Below are positions 1 through 9,717 of a stretch of 31,764 nucleotides of DNA, piece after piece (the stretch's first letter is position 1; every line of letters begins with the position of its first letter). The notes under the pieces were generated by a model that ran no database searches, was not told the DNA's origin, and worked only from the letters and a program-made list of their open reading frames with translations. This DNA is from Nitrospinota bacterium (GTDB lineage: Bacteria > Nitrospirota > Thermodesulfovibrionia > Thermodesulfovibrionales > UBA1546), in NCBI GenBank assembly GCA_018896985.1, contig JAHILQ010000287.1:1-31764 (forward strand), given 5' to 3'. The translations under genes were made by a program, and so were the position numbers.

Positions 1-539
1 TCAAAGAAGGAGGACTGGCTGAGTTCTGCTATCCTTCTTGCTCTGTCTAAGGCATTCTGGCGGAGTTCCTGTCGTACGTCATCTGTAAGATTCGGAATCC
101 TTTCATAATCCTCGACAGTTCGAGAATACGTCTCGAAAAAACTTGTGATAACTGATTCAACGATGGCGTTGAGTTTCCCGGTCAAGGTGACAAGTGTCGT
201 TGTCACAAAGGCAGAACCTCTGATTTTCAAATCGGCCTTGTGGGTGTCAACATAGACAACGATGCAAGACGCCAACCCGTCAATAAGTTCTCTCCTGGCA
301 CGGACTGCGCTTGCTTTGGCATCCTCAATTGTCCTTTTCAGTTCCCGAGCACCGGGGGATGTTATTAAATCAAACAAAGCCGGCTCCGGTCCGAAGCCTG
401 CACTTTTCACCTGATCAATCTTGGCAAGAAGTTCCTCGACTGTGAAACTCATCTGCTGTGTTTGTGCAGGAAGGTGACTTTTTGTTGTAACGCTCCCCGT
501 ATTACCCGTTGTTGGCAGGTTAAAATTTGTTTTAGACAT
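1..539 (-). CDS. Hypothetical, mostly helical protein (>=179 aa, runs off the left edge); second gene of the putative sigma54 target operon
   Basis: Not in the ORF track. Manual translation MSKTNFNLPTTGNTGSVTTKSHLPAQTQQMSFTVEELLAKIDQVK...RARRIAELSQSSFF has no stop to position 1. ATG at 539 overlaps the upstream stop (ATGTCTAA) and has AAGGAGG 9 nt upstream. Confidence 0.8.
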   Translation of the reverse strand, partial: MSKTNFNLPTTGNTGSVTTKSHLPAQTQQMSFTVEELLAKIDQVKSAGFGPEPALFDLITSPGARELKRTIEDAKASAVRARRELIDGLASCIVVYVDTHKADLKIRGSAFVTTTLVTLTGKLNAIVESVITSFFETYSRTVEDYERIPNLTDDVRQELRQNALDRARRIAELSQSSFF

Positions 540-1692
540 GGCTCATTTCCTCCTTTACTGTTAGTTGCTGGTTTAATAAGTTATTAAGCTCATTGAGCAT
601 GTAGCTCTTTGAGTTCTCCTCTAACTTGCTCAATGCGATCTGCTCCTGAAGTCCCTTTACTTCGTTTATTATTTGTCTGATAAGCGAGGTATGAAGATTC
701 AGGGCGTCGTTTTCATTAAGGATCTTTTTGGAAGCCTTGAGAGCCGAAAGATAGGCATCCAAAGAAGGAACCAATAACTTTACATAATTGAAGTGCATGT
801 TTTCAGGAAGTGAGGCGGCATTGCGGAGATGTTCTTTCAAGTCAAATGATGAAAGCACTCCGGCATCTGCATTTGAATTTTTCGGCAATATGAAAGCGAC
901 CCCTAAAATACTTATTGGGAAAAGACTGACAAAAGCGGCTGCAAATCCGCCTTTGTAGGTGAAAACCTCTTTTACAATAAACTCGAGCTCCGATTTGTAT
1001 TTCAAACCCTTGTTTTCATCTTTGATGTAGGCTTCCAACTCACTTTGCTTCTTTTTAAGGTCATCATCAAGCACTCTCTTTTGCTTAATTAAATCATCTA
1101 TCTCTCGCTCACGTTTCTCGCGGAATCTTTCTTTGTTCTGTATCTCTACTCTTATGGGTTCTTTGTTTACAGAAATTTTCTCTTTACTCATCCGAGCCAA
1201 CCATTTGTCAATAGCGATGTCATTGCTGTCCCTGTCACGCCTGATTTTGTTTAATTCAGCAGAAACTGTTGCGGCTTGTTCTTTTAGCCCTGATACCGTA
1301 TTTCTCAGAGACTCAACAGATTCAGTTCTTGCGATGTCAACTGTATTTTTCATGGTCTGAAAATCTTTAATTCGGATGTCATAATATACGGATGTAACAG
1401 CAAATGCCTGACATGCTAAAAAGATGATGAGAATGAGATACCTATTAATATGATGCTTCATCGCCCAGAACGAACAGGCAAGTTGAATGCTGGCGAATTC
1501 AAAACAGACTAAAAAAACCGGAAGCATAAAGTTGTGAGCGTCCCCGAGAGGAATCATCAGCATCAGAGTTTCCGTTGACGACGGACTCGCAATGCTTTTG
1601 AGGAAGTTCACAGCAAACGGCAAAACTACAGCAGTATAAGAGACTGTAAAAACCGCTCTCCAGAAAAAATTGCTTAGCTTTCCTAATTGCAT
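532..1692 (-). CDS. Membrane protein: about 3 N-terminal TM helices, long coiled coil, further TM helix, helical tail (DUF4407-like architecture)
   Basis: ORF track 532..1743; start moved to ATG 1692 (MQLGKL), which has GGAGGAGG upstream. Hydrophobic segments AVFTVSYTAVVLPFAVNFL, FMLPVFLVCFEFASIQLACSFWAM, YLILIIFLACQAFAVTSVYY and GGFAAAFVSLFPISILGVAFIL flank a K/E/R-rich heptad region. The family name is an architectural guess. Confidence 0.7.
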   Translation of the reverse strand: MQLGKLSNFFWRAVFTVSYTAVVLPFAVNFLKSIASPSSTETLMLMIPLGDAHNFMLPVFLVCFEFASIQLACSFWAMKHHINRYLILIIFLACQAFAVTSVYYDIRIKDFQTMKNTVDIARTESVESLRNTVSGLKEQAATVSAELNKIRRDRDSNDIAIDKWLARMSKEKISVNKEPIRVEIQNKERFREKREREIDDLIKQKRVLDDDLKKKQSELEAYIKDENKGLKYKSELEFIVKEVFTYKGGFAAAFVSLFPISILGVAFILPKNSNADAGVLSSFDLKEHLRNAASLPENMHFNYVKLLVPSLDAYLSALKASKKILNENDALNLHTSLIRQIINEVKGLQEQIALSKLEENSKSYMLNELNNLLNQQLTVKEEMSHV

Positions 1693-1731
1693 ATTCCCTC
1701 CTCCTTTCTTTTTTGCCTTTACGCTACATAT

Positions 1732-1747
1732 AGAAAGAAACATGCCA
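1732..1747 (-). promoter_or_regulatory. Putative sigma54 (-24/-12) promoter of the 1692 operon
   Basis: Minus strand TGGCATGTTTCTTTCT against consensus TGGCACG-N4-TTGCW: -24 GG exact, T instead of G at -13. Predicted +1 near 1721, about 29 nt before the ATG, with the RBS in between. Confidence 0.65.
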
Positions 1748-1761
1748 GTATCTGGGCAATA

Positions 1762-1786
1762 AAAAACCCTGAAAAATTCAGGGTTT
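1762..1786 (-). terminator. Inverted repeat after the response regulator: possible intrinsic terminator and/or DNA-bending protein site
   Basis: AAAACCCTGAA-AAA-TTCAGGGTTTT, a perfect 11-bp stem; on the minus strand it ends in a T run. Confidence 0.5.
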
Positions 1787-1810
1787 TCATTTTCACTCCG
1801 TTTTTAAAAT

Positions 1811-1843
1811 TCTAAAAAATAGATTTTGTATCTAAATTATAGA
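1811..1843. promoter_or_regulatory. Tandem palindromic upstream activator sites (TCTA-N5-TAGA x2)
   Basis: TCTAAAAAATAGA (1811-1823) and TCTAAATTATAGA (1831-1843), centred about -96 and -116 from the predicted sigma54 start; the same pair recurs at 8457-8490. Confidence 0.7.
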
Positions 1844-1860
1844 AAGGCAACAAAAAGATG

Positions 1861-3384
1861 TTACTTGTTATTCAAGCCATACTCTTTTATTTTGTTATAG
1901 ACGTTTGCTCTACTAACTTCTGAGGTCTTGGCGACTTTGTCAACATTCCAATTATTTTGCTCAAGCAGGTATCTAAGATGTGCTTTCTCTACATCCTTAT
2001 AGGAACATTGTCCTTTGAATTCTACCATTGATATAATTGATTCTTGAGACAACCATTGCTTAAGATCGTCAGCAGTAATCTTATCTCCAGATGACAAAAC
2101 TACAAATCTTTCTATTATATTTTCAAGTTCTCTTACATTTCCGGGCCAGTCATAATTTGTAAGTGCATTTAAAGCATCAGATGCGATGGAGATAGATTTC
2201 AGGTTTTCTTTATTATATTTATCCAGAAAGTGATTCACAAGCAGAGGGATGTCTTCTCTTCTTTCCCTCAAAGGCGGCAGAAATATTGGGACTACATTTA
2301 AGCGGTAATAAAGGTCTTCTCTGAATCTCCCTGCCTTTATTTCTTCCTGTAAATTCTTATTTGTAGCAGCAATAATACGAACATCAATCTTTATAGGTTT
2401 ATTGCTACCAAGTCTCTCGAATTCCTTTTCCTGTAAGACACGAAGAACCTTAGCTTGAGTGGAAGGACTCATATCTCCTGCCTCGTCAAGGAAAATTGTT
2501 CCGTTTTTAGCATACTCAAATTTACCTATTCTTTCTTTTGCAGCACCTGTGAATGCACCTTTCTCATGACCAAAGAGTTCAGACTCAAGGAGTCCTTCAG
2601 GTATAGAGGCGCAGTTGAATTTTATAAACGGCCCCTTTGCCCTCGGGCTCATATAATGTATCGCCTTTGCAATAAGCTCCTTGCCTGTTCCGCTTTCCCC
2701 GCGCAAAAGCACATTTGCTTTTGAAGGCGCCACGCTGTGAACAGCCCCGAAGACCTCCTGCATCCTGTCTGACTGCCCTATGATGTTTTCTTGACCTTTC
2801 AATTCGTTCTTTTTAGGTTCTATTATTTTCAAGATAGCCTCAAATGTCTTGGAGTACAGTTCGTCTCTTGTTTCTTTCTCATGTTCCTCCTGCCACTTTG
2901 CTAAGGCTTCAGCTTGTATAGGAACTTCACTTTGTGGATAAGGTTTTTCTAGAAAGAAATAATCTTTGTTCTCATCCCATTGAAATTCATTTATGTCTCC
3001 ATTCCTGTAAGGCTTTATATGTTCATTATCATTATAATATGTAACAAGCAGAATGGTTACACACTCCTTAAGATATTTATCCCTGTTTACCTCATCTATT
3101 AACCAAAGACCCCCAAAAAGTTCAGCAAACGCTTCATTGCCATCACAATACGGCGGCATATACGCATCAGCGATAACAAGGAGGTGATAATCGTTTGTTT
3201 TCACATATTCTTTTATGTATTGTAAAGCAGTCTCGGCATCCTCACATTCCTCTACAGAATCCCATGTATTTTTTAATAGGTAATGCCCTTCTTGAGGGTC
3301 GCTCAGATACTCCTTATAGAGCTGTCGCTGTTTTGCATCATCATCAACAATCAAAAGTCCAAACTTTTTTGTATGCTTTTTCAC
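1861..3384 (-). CDS. Sigma54-dependent response regulator (NtrC family: REC + AAA+ + Fis-type HTH)
   Basis: REC residues LIVDDD, IADAYMP, LVT, EKP; Walker A GESGTGKE; GAFTGA loop; Walker B IFLDE; [10 protein letters not shown]; [10 protein letters not shown]; C-terminal [21 protein letters not shown] start with AAAGGAGG. Confidence 0.95.
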   Translation of the reverse strand: MKKHTKKFGLLIVDDDAKQRQLYKEYLSDPQEGHYLLKNTWDSVEECEDAETALQYIKEYVKTNDYHLLVIADAYMPPYCDGNEAFAELFGGLWLIDEVNRDKYLKECVTILLVTYYNDNEHIKPYRNGDINEFQWDENKDYFFLEKPYPQSEVPIQAEALAKWQEEHEKETRDELYSKTFEAILKIIEPKKNELKGQENIIGQSDRMQEVFGAVHSVAPSKANVLLRGESGTGKELIAKAIHYMSPRAKGPFIKFNCASIPEGLLESELFGHEKGAFTGAAKERIGKFEYAKNGTIFLDEAGDMSPSTQAKVLRVLQEKEFERLGSNKPIKIDVRIIAATNKNLQEEIKAGRFREDLYYRLNVVPIFLPPLRERREDIPLLVNHFLDKYNKENLKSISIASDALNALTNYDWPGNVRELENIIERFVVLSSGDKITADDLKQWLSQESIISMVEFKGQCSYKDVEKAHLRYLLEQNNWNVDKVAKTSEVSRANVYNKIKEYGLNNK

Positions 3385-3386
3385 TT

Positions 3387-6300
3387 CTATTCCTCCTTTG
3401 GCACAGGCAGTTTAATAATGAACGCAGCACCTGCCCCATTTTCACTTTTGAAAATCTCAAATTCGCCTCTATAGTGGTTTACTATTTGTTGAATTATATT
3501 GAGCCCGATTCCTGTCCCTGTTCTTTGCTTGGAATTTATCATCAAATCTTTTACTTTATAACCGCTTGGCATACCAATACCATTATCAGAAAATAGAATC
3601 TCATAATTTTTCCCTTCTTTATGGAGGGAGATTTTAATTTCAGGCTTAAAGGTAGTATGGCGTAGTTTTTCATCTATTGCCTTATAAGCATTTGAAAGGA
3701 GGTTTCTAATAATATACTCTATATGCTCACGGTAACCCCTGAAAAGAAATATCTTATCCTTTTCAACCTCAAAAGTGGTATTTACCTGCAAATTTCTAAT
3801 TGGGATATGCCTGTATTCCACAACAGTATCTGCTATAGCTTTTATAGCTTTGTCAAGAGAAAAAACCTCCTCTTCTTTCTCTGTTTCTGAGTAACGAAAA
3901 CTTCTTAGAAAAAAGAACCTGTTTCTGAATGTCTCTTTGATATTGCGAATTTTTATTCTCATTTCATCATGAGTAAGTTTAGGATTGATAAGCTTTGGAA
4001 GTTCATGAGGCTCTTTCAGAAATAGGTTAAACTTATTCTTTGCCTTGGATAATAAAGTCCCTACTTGAGAGAGCAAGTGGCTTACAATCTTTTCCTGAAT
4101 ATTCAATTCTTCCAGTCTAATGTCCCTTTCTATATATTTGTAAACTTCACTAATCCTGGCAGGCGGCAATGGATAGCAGCTTTCAAGAAAATTCAGAATA
4201 TCGTTAAATTTAAAAGGCTCTAAAAATCTCTCTTTTCTCTCAAAGGGGATCCCTATGCTAAACCCATCGGCATGAGATTTAAAAGATACCTTTACACCCT
4301 TGTTATATAGTTCAGGATATTTTTTCTGAAAAATACCTTTAATATCTGAAATTATTATCGCCCGCTCCTCTTGTGAATCTTGAAATTCTGCAATAACTGA
4401 TAAGGAAACAATCTGTCTATCATGTTCCGCAATAAGTTTATACAATCCGCTGATGCCTGATTTCTTAGGAGTATCAATAATTTCAAAAATGAAATCATCA
4501 ACTTTTTTCCATGCAGTTTGTGAGACATAAACATCTTTAATCTCTGGTATATTTGCGATTAAGGTGATATTTTCGCCAAGGCGATTAAGATAAGTTCTTT
4601 GTTTCTCTCTGAGTATCCCGTAGATATCTACTGTCTCAGTGAAAGAAAATGAGATGTCATCCAATTTATCCTTAAGGTATGGAAGTTTTTGCTTTATTAA
4701 AGGAGCAGTTTGAAAAACACTATCAGACTTTTCTTCATCCAATGCCCAGACCAAATCCTCTAACTCTCTGATTTCAATGTAAGTTTTATCTCCCAAGAAC
4801 TCCAAATATGAAAGCATCTCCGAGCCTAAAAATTCCGATAAATATTCCACAGCATCCCCCTGTGCTTTCCTTTTTTTATAGGCTGGCATCAAGATTAGTT
4901 CAACAGCTTCTTTTATAAGGGTCTGCAACTCTCCCAAGCTGGCTGATTGGTAGCATCTGAAGATTATATGCTTCATTAAATACTGGCAGATAGTCTTTCG
5001 GATACCTTTACTTTGATTTTCTGAGAAGACATTTTTAAATTTATCCACAATGTGTTGCGAAAAAATGTTTTCGCCTTTGGCTATTTCAACAATTTCTTTC
5101 GCTATAAAAGAATGGGTAAAAGTGTCTAAATGTTCAATTAATTGACTTTTGCCTGAAAGTATTTTTGCAATCGTATCATCATAGTGTTTTGCCCAGAGAT
5201 AAAGAAGCTCTTTTATAACCTTGCAATCAATGTCTTTATGACTTATGTGGGACTTAGAACCAATATCTGATTTTAAAATGCCTATAAGACATTGTTTAGC
5301 TTTATAAATGTATCCATTTGTCAGAGGCTCCAGAAGATAGGATTTTGCAAGCCCATAGAGTGTGAATCTATTATCAGGCTGTTGATTAAGAATGGACTCA
5401 TAGCACTTAGTTGCCTTTTGCTTTATTTCTGCCTTTTCAGGTTCTGTTAATGTTGACTCCTTTGCCCATTCACGATAGGTTGCACCTATCTGGTCTAATG
5501 CATCTACTCTGCCATTAGAGGCTTTATAAGATCTTTCAAAATATTCAATTGCCTTAAGGAACTCCTTTTTACGCTTGAAGATTTTTCCCAGAAGAAAGAG
5601 TGCATGCGAGTCCTCCCCTTCAATTCTAATTATCCTATTTGCAACTTTTTCAGCATCATCAAATCTGTTCTCTGCAAAAAATATATTAGCTTCTGTCTGG
5701 AGATAGACCCTGTCATTTTGGAGGTTATACTTTCTACATCTTAATAACCTTCGGACATACCCATGGGCCCTTGAATAATAGCCATTCGTTGAATAATGAT
5801 TAGCAAGATAGTGCATCTCATACCGGAAGGTGTATATAGCTTCCTGAATTTTCTCTTCCTTATCTACATCAATTTCTTCTGTAAAGATTTCATCAGGGAT
5901 TGCCTTTTCTATAAAGTCTTCCATCTCTTTAACACAATTTAATTTAATGTGATAATGGCGATATAATCTTTTTCCACTGATAAGCTCCGCAATGGCTCTG
6001 AGATTCCTTAATCTTAAGTAAGGTTCAAGAGAGTCTAATGCATTGATTTTCTGTCGTGTCTTTATAGCTGAATCATATTGCTTCAGGTTTTCATAGATTT
6101 TGGCTGACTTCTCATAATAGTCATAGCTTTCAGGTTTATAAACGCTCTTAGGTAAGAACTTAAATGCCTTATTTGCATGTTGTTCGTCCTGTATACTAAT
6201 ATAGCGGGTTACAATTTCTGTAGCCAGATCAGGAGATGGAGATTTTTCGTATTGGCTTTCAAGTTCACTAACCCTTTCAATTAAAAATTGAGTTGGGACT

Positions 6301-8351
6301 ATCCCTGTATTTTTTCCAATTCTATCGTATATTTCAGTTTGCTCGGGTTTAATTCTAAGAGAGTTGTAATAGGCATCAATAGCAGGGCCTTTATCTTTAA
6401 GCTTCCAGTATAAATCCCCTAACCACTTATAATGTCCATCGGATTTTTCATCGCCTACTATCTCTATCATTTTCTTGACGAGTTCTACAGATTTACTATA
6501 CTGTTCTTTCAATTCGTGCCATTTTGCTATTCTCTGTAGAGATGAAAGTGCTGTAGGATCTATAGCAAGCGCCTTCTCATAATACTCAAATGCGGTAGAA
6601 TCATTATTTAGGGATAGATAACAATCACCTAACCGGCAATAATCCCACACCAATTTCGTTGATAGTTCTATCTTCTTTCCTAACCATTTAATAGCCTCCT
6701 GATAATCTTCAGACTCTTCTTTTAACATCAAAAGCGATATGAGGTGATCAAGTGATCTCAAGCTATCGGGCTGCCGTTCTGTAACAATGTATCTAAAGAT
6801 TTTAATTGCCTCTTCAACATTGCCCTTTTCTTCGTATAGAATTCCGAGACGGAAATATTGAAAGTCCAAATCCCCTAATCTAATCTCAATCATCTTTTTC
6901 TGCCATTCAATGGTGTCTTCATAATAGCCATGTTTTCTGTGGAGGTGAATGAGTTTGTCGTAGGCAGCAGGGTCGCTTTTACTAATCTTCAGGCATTCCA
7001 GATACCACACCTTAGCGCTCAAAAACTCTCCCATCGCATCATGAACATTGCCAAGACCTAAAGCAGCCTGATATTTTTTGGTGTCTGATTTCTCAAAAAG
7101 AATCTCATATTCCTTAATTGCAGATTTATAGTCGCTGCGGAAAAAGTAACATTCGGCTAATCGTTCAACATCCCAATCAAGGTATTTTTTATTAGTATAA
7201 ACCACATCTCCAAGAGCCTTAAAAAGTTCAATGCCTCTTTGATAATCCTCAGATGATGGCTGCTTTTTCTCTCTTTTAAGATTCCCCCTCAAATGATAAG
7301 CATCTGCAAGTGAACTATAAAATTTCGGTCCATTCCTGTCCTGTGGTTTGGTGTTTTTGATTGCTTCTTCACCCAGTAAAATGGCTTTTTCTATATATGC
7401 TTCATAATTCTCATAGTATTTCTTCGCATCATCAAGCAAGTGAAGATTCTGTTCTTTCGCAGCATTGAGGTCGTTCGCCATATCATAAAAGTTAGTAAAA
7501 TTATTGATGTCAGCTTCGCCTCTTTTTATAGATAGAATTTCAGAACACTTTATCCTTAGCAGTGTGCATTCATTTGAGAGTTCAGTCTCTCCCCTTTTTT
7601 TGCGGAATTCTTTGCTAGCGTTTGCCATGGATTTCCTTATTACTCCGTCGAAATATCCTGCATCAGCTTTGATTTGTTTGTCCTTAACCAATTGCCTCAT
7701 TCCATCTAACAAGCTATCTATCAAATCTCTTAAACGGAATAAAATCTCTGCATTATCCATGATTCTTGAGGCTAAATGTTGTGCATCGTTTCCAGTTAAA
7801 ATTTTAAGTTGTTCATAAATAACTTTAATTTCTATCGTTTTGAGTTGCTGGTCAATTATTTCCTTGTAATTGGCATTTTCCGTAAGAGCTTGAAAAACAA
7901 AGGCTGCCCTTTCTACTGGATTTTTAAATTGTTTCTCAGCGAGATGGCGATAGAAGTTACCAATTTTTTCTATAATAACTGGTGTATCCGTAGAAAAATG
8001 CAATGCCATTTTTATACATTCATCTGCTTTTTCGGGGTGTTCTATGTGTTCATAAAAATAAGCTGTATGTATTAGAATATAGTTTTTATCTGCGGCATTT
8101 TGCTGAAGGAGAGATTCAAAAATCGTAAGTCCTATTCCAAGAGATGAAACCTCACGGGTAGACTCAAATGTCCTCATAAAAAATCTTCTAATAGATTTTA
8201 AGAAGTCAAACTCATTATTCTCATACCACCGATTTTTTCTATATTCTTTATGCCAGGATTGAAATTTAGCGAAAGTTTCAGGCGGCAGTCTTTCTTCCAG
8301 AATTTTCTCTATATTCGGGAAACTCATATATTTATTTGGATAGTCAGCCAT
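3387..8351 (-). CDS. Very large soluble TPR-repeat protein with C-terminal HATPase_c (histidine-kinase-like) domain
   Basis: ORF track 3387..8366 (GTG); ATG 8351 fits the predicted +1 better. Many TPR-type helices (e.g. [26 protein letters not shown]). N box [11 protein letters not shown]1 DNGIGM, G2 GTGIGL, terminal GAAFIIKLP. No TM segment seen; the H box is unclear. Confidence 0.85.
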   Translation of the reverse strand: MADYPNKYMSFPNIEKILEERLPPETFAKFQSWHKEYRKNRWYENNEFDFLKSIRRFFMRTFESTREVSSLGIGLTIFESLLQQNAADKNYILIHTAYFYEHIEHPEKADECIKMALHFSTDTPVIIEKIGNFYRHLAEKQFKNPVERAAFVFQALTENANYKEIIDQQLKTIEIKVIYEQLKILTGNDAQHLASRIMDNAEILFRLRDLIDSLLDGMRQLVKDKQIKADAGYFDGVIRKSMANASKEFRKKRGETELSNECTLLRIKCSEILSIKRGEADINNFTNFYDMANDLNAAKEQNLHLLDDAKKYYENYEAYIEKAILLGEEAIKNTKPQDRNGPKFYSSLADAYHLRGNLKREKKQPSSEDYQRGIELFKALGDVVYTNKKYLDWDVERLAECYFFRSDYKSAIKEYEILFEKSDTKKYQAALGLGNVHDAMGEFLSAKVWYLECLKISKSDPAAYDKLIHLHRKHGYYEDTIEWQKKMIEIRLGDLDFQYFRLGILYEEKGNVEEAIKIFRYIVTERQPDSLRSLDHLISLLMLKEESEDYQEAIKWLGKKIELSTKLVWDYCRLGDCYLSLNNDSTAFEYYEKALAIDPTALSSLQRIAKWHELKEQYSKSVELVKKMIEIVGDEKSDGHYKWLGDLYWKLKDKGPAIDAYYNSLRIKPEQTEIYDRIGKNTGIVPTQFLIERVSELESQYEKSPSPDLATEIVTRYISIQDEQHANKAFKFLPKSVYKPESYDYYEKSAKIYENLKQYDSAIKTRQKINALDSLEPYLRLRNLRAIAELISGKRLYRHYHIKLNCVKEMEDFIEKAIPDEIFTEEIDVDKEEKIQEAIYTFRYEMHYLANHYSTNGYYSRAHGYVRRLLRCRKYNLQNDRVYLQTEANIFFAENRFDDAEKVANRIIRIEGEDSHALFLLGKIFKRKKEFLKAIEYFERSYKASNGRVDALDQIGATYREWAKESTLTEPEKAEIKQKATKCYESILNQQPDNRFTLYGLAKSYLLEPLTNGYIYKAKQCLIGILKSDIGSKSHISHKDIDCKVIKELLYLWAKHYDDTIAKILSGKSQLIEHLDTFTHSFIAKEIVEIAKGENIFSQHIVDKFKNVFSENQSKGIRKTICQYLMKHIIFRCYQSASLGELQTLIKEAVELILMPAYKKRKAQGDAVEYLSEFLGSEMLSYLEFLGDKTYIEIRELEDLVWALDEEKSDSVFQTAPLIKQKLPYLKDKLDDISFSFTETVDIYGILREKQRTYLNRLGENITLIANIPEIKDVYVSQTAWKKVDDFIFEIIDTPKKSGISGLYKLIAEHDRQIVSLSVIAEFQDSQEERAIIISDIKGIFQKKYPELYNKGVKVSFKSHADGFSIGIPFERKERFLEPFKFNDILNFLESCYPLPPARISEVYKYIERDIRLEELNIQEKIVSHLLSQVGTLLSKAKNKFNLFLKEPHELPKLINPKLTHDEMRIKIRNIKETFRNRFFFLRSFRYSETEKEEEVFSLDKAIKAIADTVVEYRHIPIRNLQVNTTFEVEKDKIFLFRGYREHIEYIIRNLLSNAYKAIDEKLRHTTFKPEIKISLHKEGKNYEILFSDNGIGMPSGYKVKDLMINSKQRTGTGIGLNIIQQIVNHYRGEFEIFKSENGAGAAFIIKLPVPKEE

Positions 8352-8378
8352 AAATAAAGTCACCACATTAATATATTA

Positions 8379-8394
8379 AGCAAATCTAATGCCA
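8379..8394 (-). promoter_or_regulatory. Sigma54 (-24/-12) promoter of the TPR-kinase/response-regulator operon
   Basis: Minus strand TGGCATTAGATTTGCT has both GG and GC at the correct spacing; predicted +1 near 8368. Confidence 0.8.
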
Positions 8395-8456
8395 GCATCC
8401 AGAAATAAAGAACTCTATGAAATATAAGGGTTTTAGATTTATCATTTGTGGAAATT

Positions 8457-8490
8457 TCTAAATATTAGATTTTCTGGTCTAAATTTTAGA
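8457..8490. promoter_or_regulatory. Tandem palindromic upstream activator sites (TCTA-N5-TAGA x2)
   Basis: TCTAAATATTAGA (8457-8469) and TCTAAATTTTAGA (8478-8490), centred about -95 and -116 from the predicted start. Confidence 0.7.
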
Positions 8491-8721
8491 CTTTATTTTT
8501 CTATCTGTAAAAGACCTTACTCAACTCATTTAAGCCTTCTTTAACCCCTATAAACCCACTCAACCATTACCACCAACATCTCCTTTTCCTTCTCAAGTGC
8601 GTGCTTTAAGGCTTTAGCACACATTTTACCGCAGGTCATAACCATAAGGTCTTCGACGAGATAAGTTCCATAGTCCCAAAGTCCAAAAGTGCCATAGAGC
8701 AGAAGTGCAAAATCCGTCTTT

Positions 8722-8829
8722 TTAAAAATCGAAAAGTTTCTCTATCTTCCTCCCTATATCCTTTGCTTCCATGAATGATGTCCCGATAAGCGCTGCGTCA
8801 ATGCCTGCTGATTAGAGACGCAAGATGTA
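8722..8829 (-). pseudogene. trpC: 3' remnant of indole-3-glycerol-phosphate synthase
   Basis: Manual translation YILRL*SAGIDAALIGTSFMEAKDIGRKIEKLFDF* resembles the TrpC C-terminus (D.xRL..AG.DA.L.G.s.M); internal TAA at 8812-8814; no upstream gene body. Confidence 0.65.
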
Positions 8830-8868
8830 AGTACTCCTTAATATCCCCCAACCCCTCTGCCAGTTCCT

Positions 8869-9297
8869 CTACTTATTTTCTGTTTTCAAGTATTTTAATA
8901 TTGCCTCTTCAAAATTCTTAAAATCTCCGATATGCTTTTTAATAATTGTCACTACAATTTCAGTATCAACATCTTCATATCTGTGGACAACAATATTCCT
9001 GAATTTAATCATCTTATCCATAATTGCATATAACTCCGGCTCAATAATATTGTTTTCAAGCAGGACATTAAAAGTGTCGGCATAACTTGTCGGCGGTCTC
9101 ATGTCCTTATCAGAGATGATGTGATGAGCTATGTCTACACATGTCTCTATCATCATCTGTAATGTCCTTTCAATAATTCGCTGAAGTTTCCAATCAGACT
9201 TATACTCCTGAATTGTTATATCAGAAAACTCCTCAATCTGTTTTTGATACGTCTCAAGTTCTGAAATCTTTCTCAGGACAACATTCTTATCAACCAA
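8869..9297 (-). CDS. hepT: HepT-like (DUF86, HEPN) ribonuclease toxin
   Basis: ERTLQMMIETCVDIAHHII, FRNIVVHRY (R-X4-H motif). Start reassigned to TTG 9297 (MVDKNVVLRK), which overlaps the MNT stop and has GGAG 8 nt upstream. Confidence 0.9.
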   Translation of the reverse strand: MVDKNVVLRKISELETYQKQIEEFSDITIQEYKSDWKLQRIIERTLQMMIETCVDIAHHIISDKDMRPPTSYADTFNVLLENNIIEPELYAIMDKMIKFRNIVVHRYEDVDTEIVVTIIKKHIGDFKNFEEAILKYLKTENK

Positions 9298-9712
9298 TTC
9301 CGTATCTCCTTGCAAAAAAGGCGTCTTCTTTGACCTTGAAATCAAAAAATTCCCTTAATGTTACTGATTCGTATATATGACGCCTGAATGGTTCCTTGTC
9401 AATAAGAAGTTTTTTGTTCTGAAGTATTCTGCCGGCAATGCTGAGAGACACGGTATTAAGCATCACAAGGTCAAGTTCTGATGTCCCAAGGGCGTTTGAA
9501 AGCCTGTCAAAAAGCTGGAGCTTATAGCCTGCGAGATTGCCGGTATCTTTCAAGTAGACTGCGATATCTATATCAGAAAGGTCTTTTACCTCTCCTTTGG
9601 TTAAACCGCCAAACAGATATGCAAACACAATATTGTCATCTTGAAGAAGGACATTCTTCAAATTCTGAATTCTTGATAAGATATTTTTGGGCAGCTTTTC
9701 ATACTTTATCAT
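9290..9712 (-). CDS. mntA: MntA-type minimal nucleotidyltransferase antitoxin
   Basis: YLFGGLTKG...SDIDIAV and ELDLVMLN motifs; directly upstream of and overlapping the DUF86 gene. Confidence 0.9.
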   Translation of the reverse strand: MIKYEKLPKNILSRIQNLKNVLLQDDNIVFAYLFGGLTKGEVKDLSDIDIAVYLKDTGNLAGYKLQLFDRLSNALGTSELDLVMLNTVSLSIAGRILQNKKLLIDKEPFRRHIYESVTLREFFDFKVKEDAFFARRYGIG

Positions 9713-9717
9713 GCCTA

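Noticed and set aside
1693-1743. N-terminal extension MFLSICSVKAKKKGGGN in the ORF track
   Set aside because: It spans the predicted promoter and SD (GGAGGAGG reads as GGG); ATG 1692 is the better start.
8525-8720. Short minus-strand frames downstream of the trpC relic
   Set aside because: No start with an SD and no recognisable similarity.
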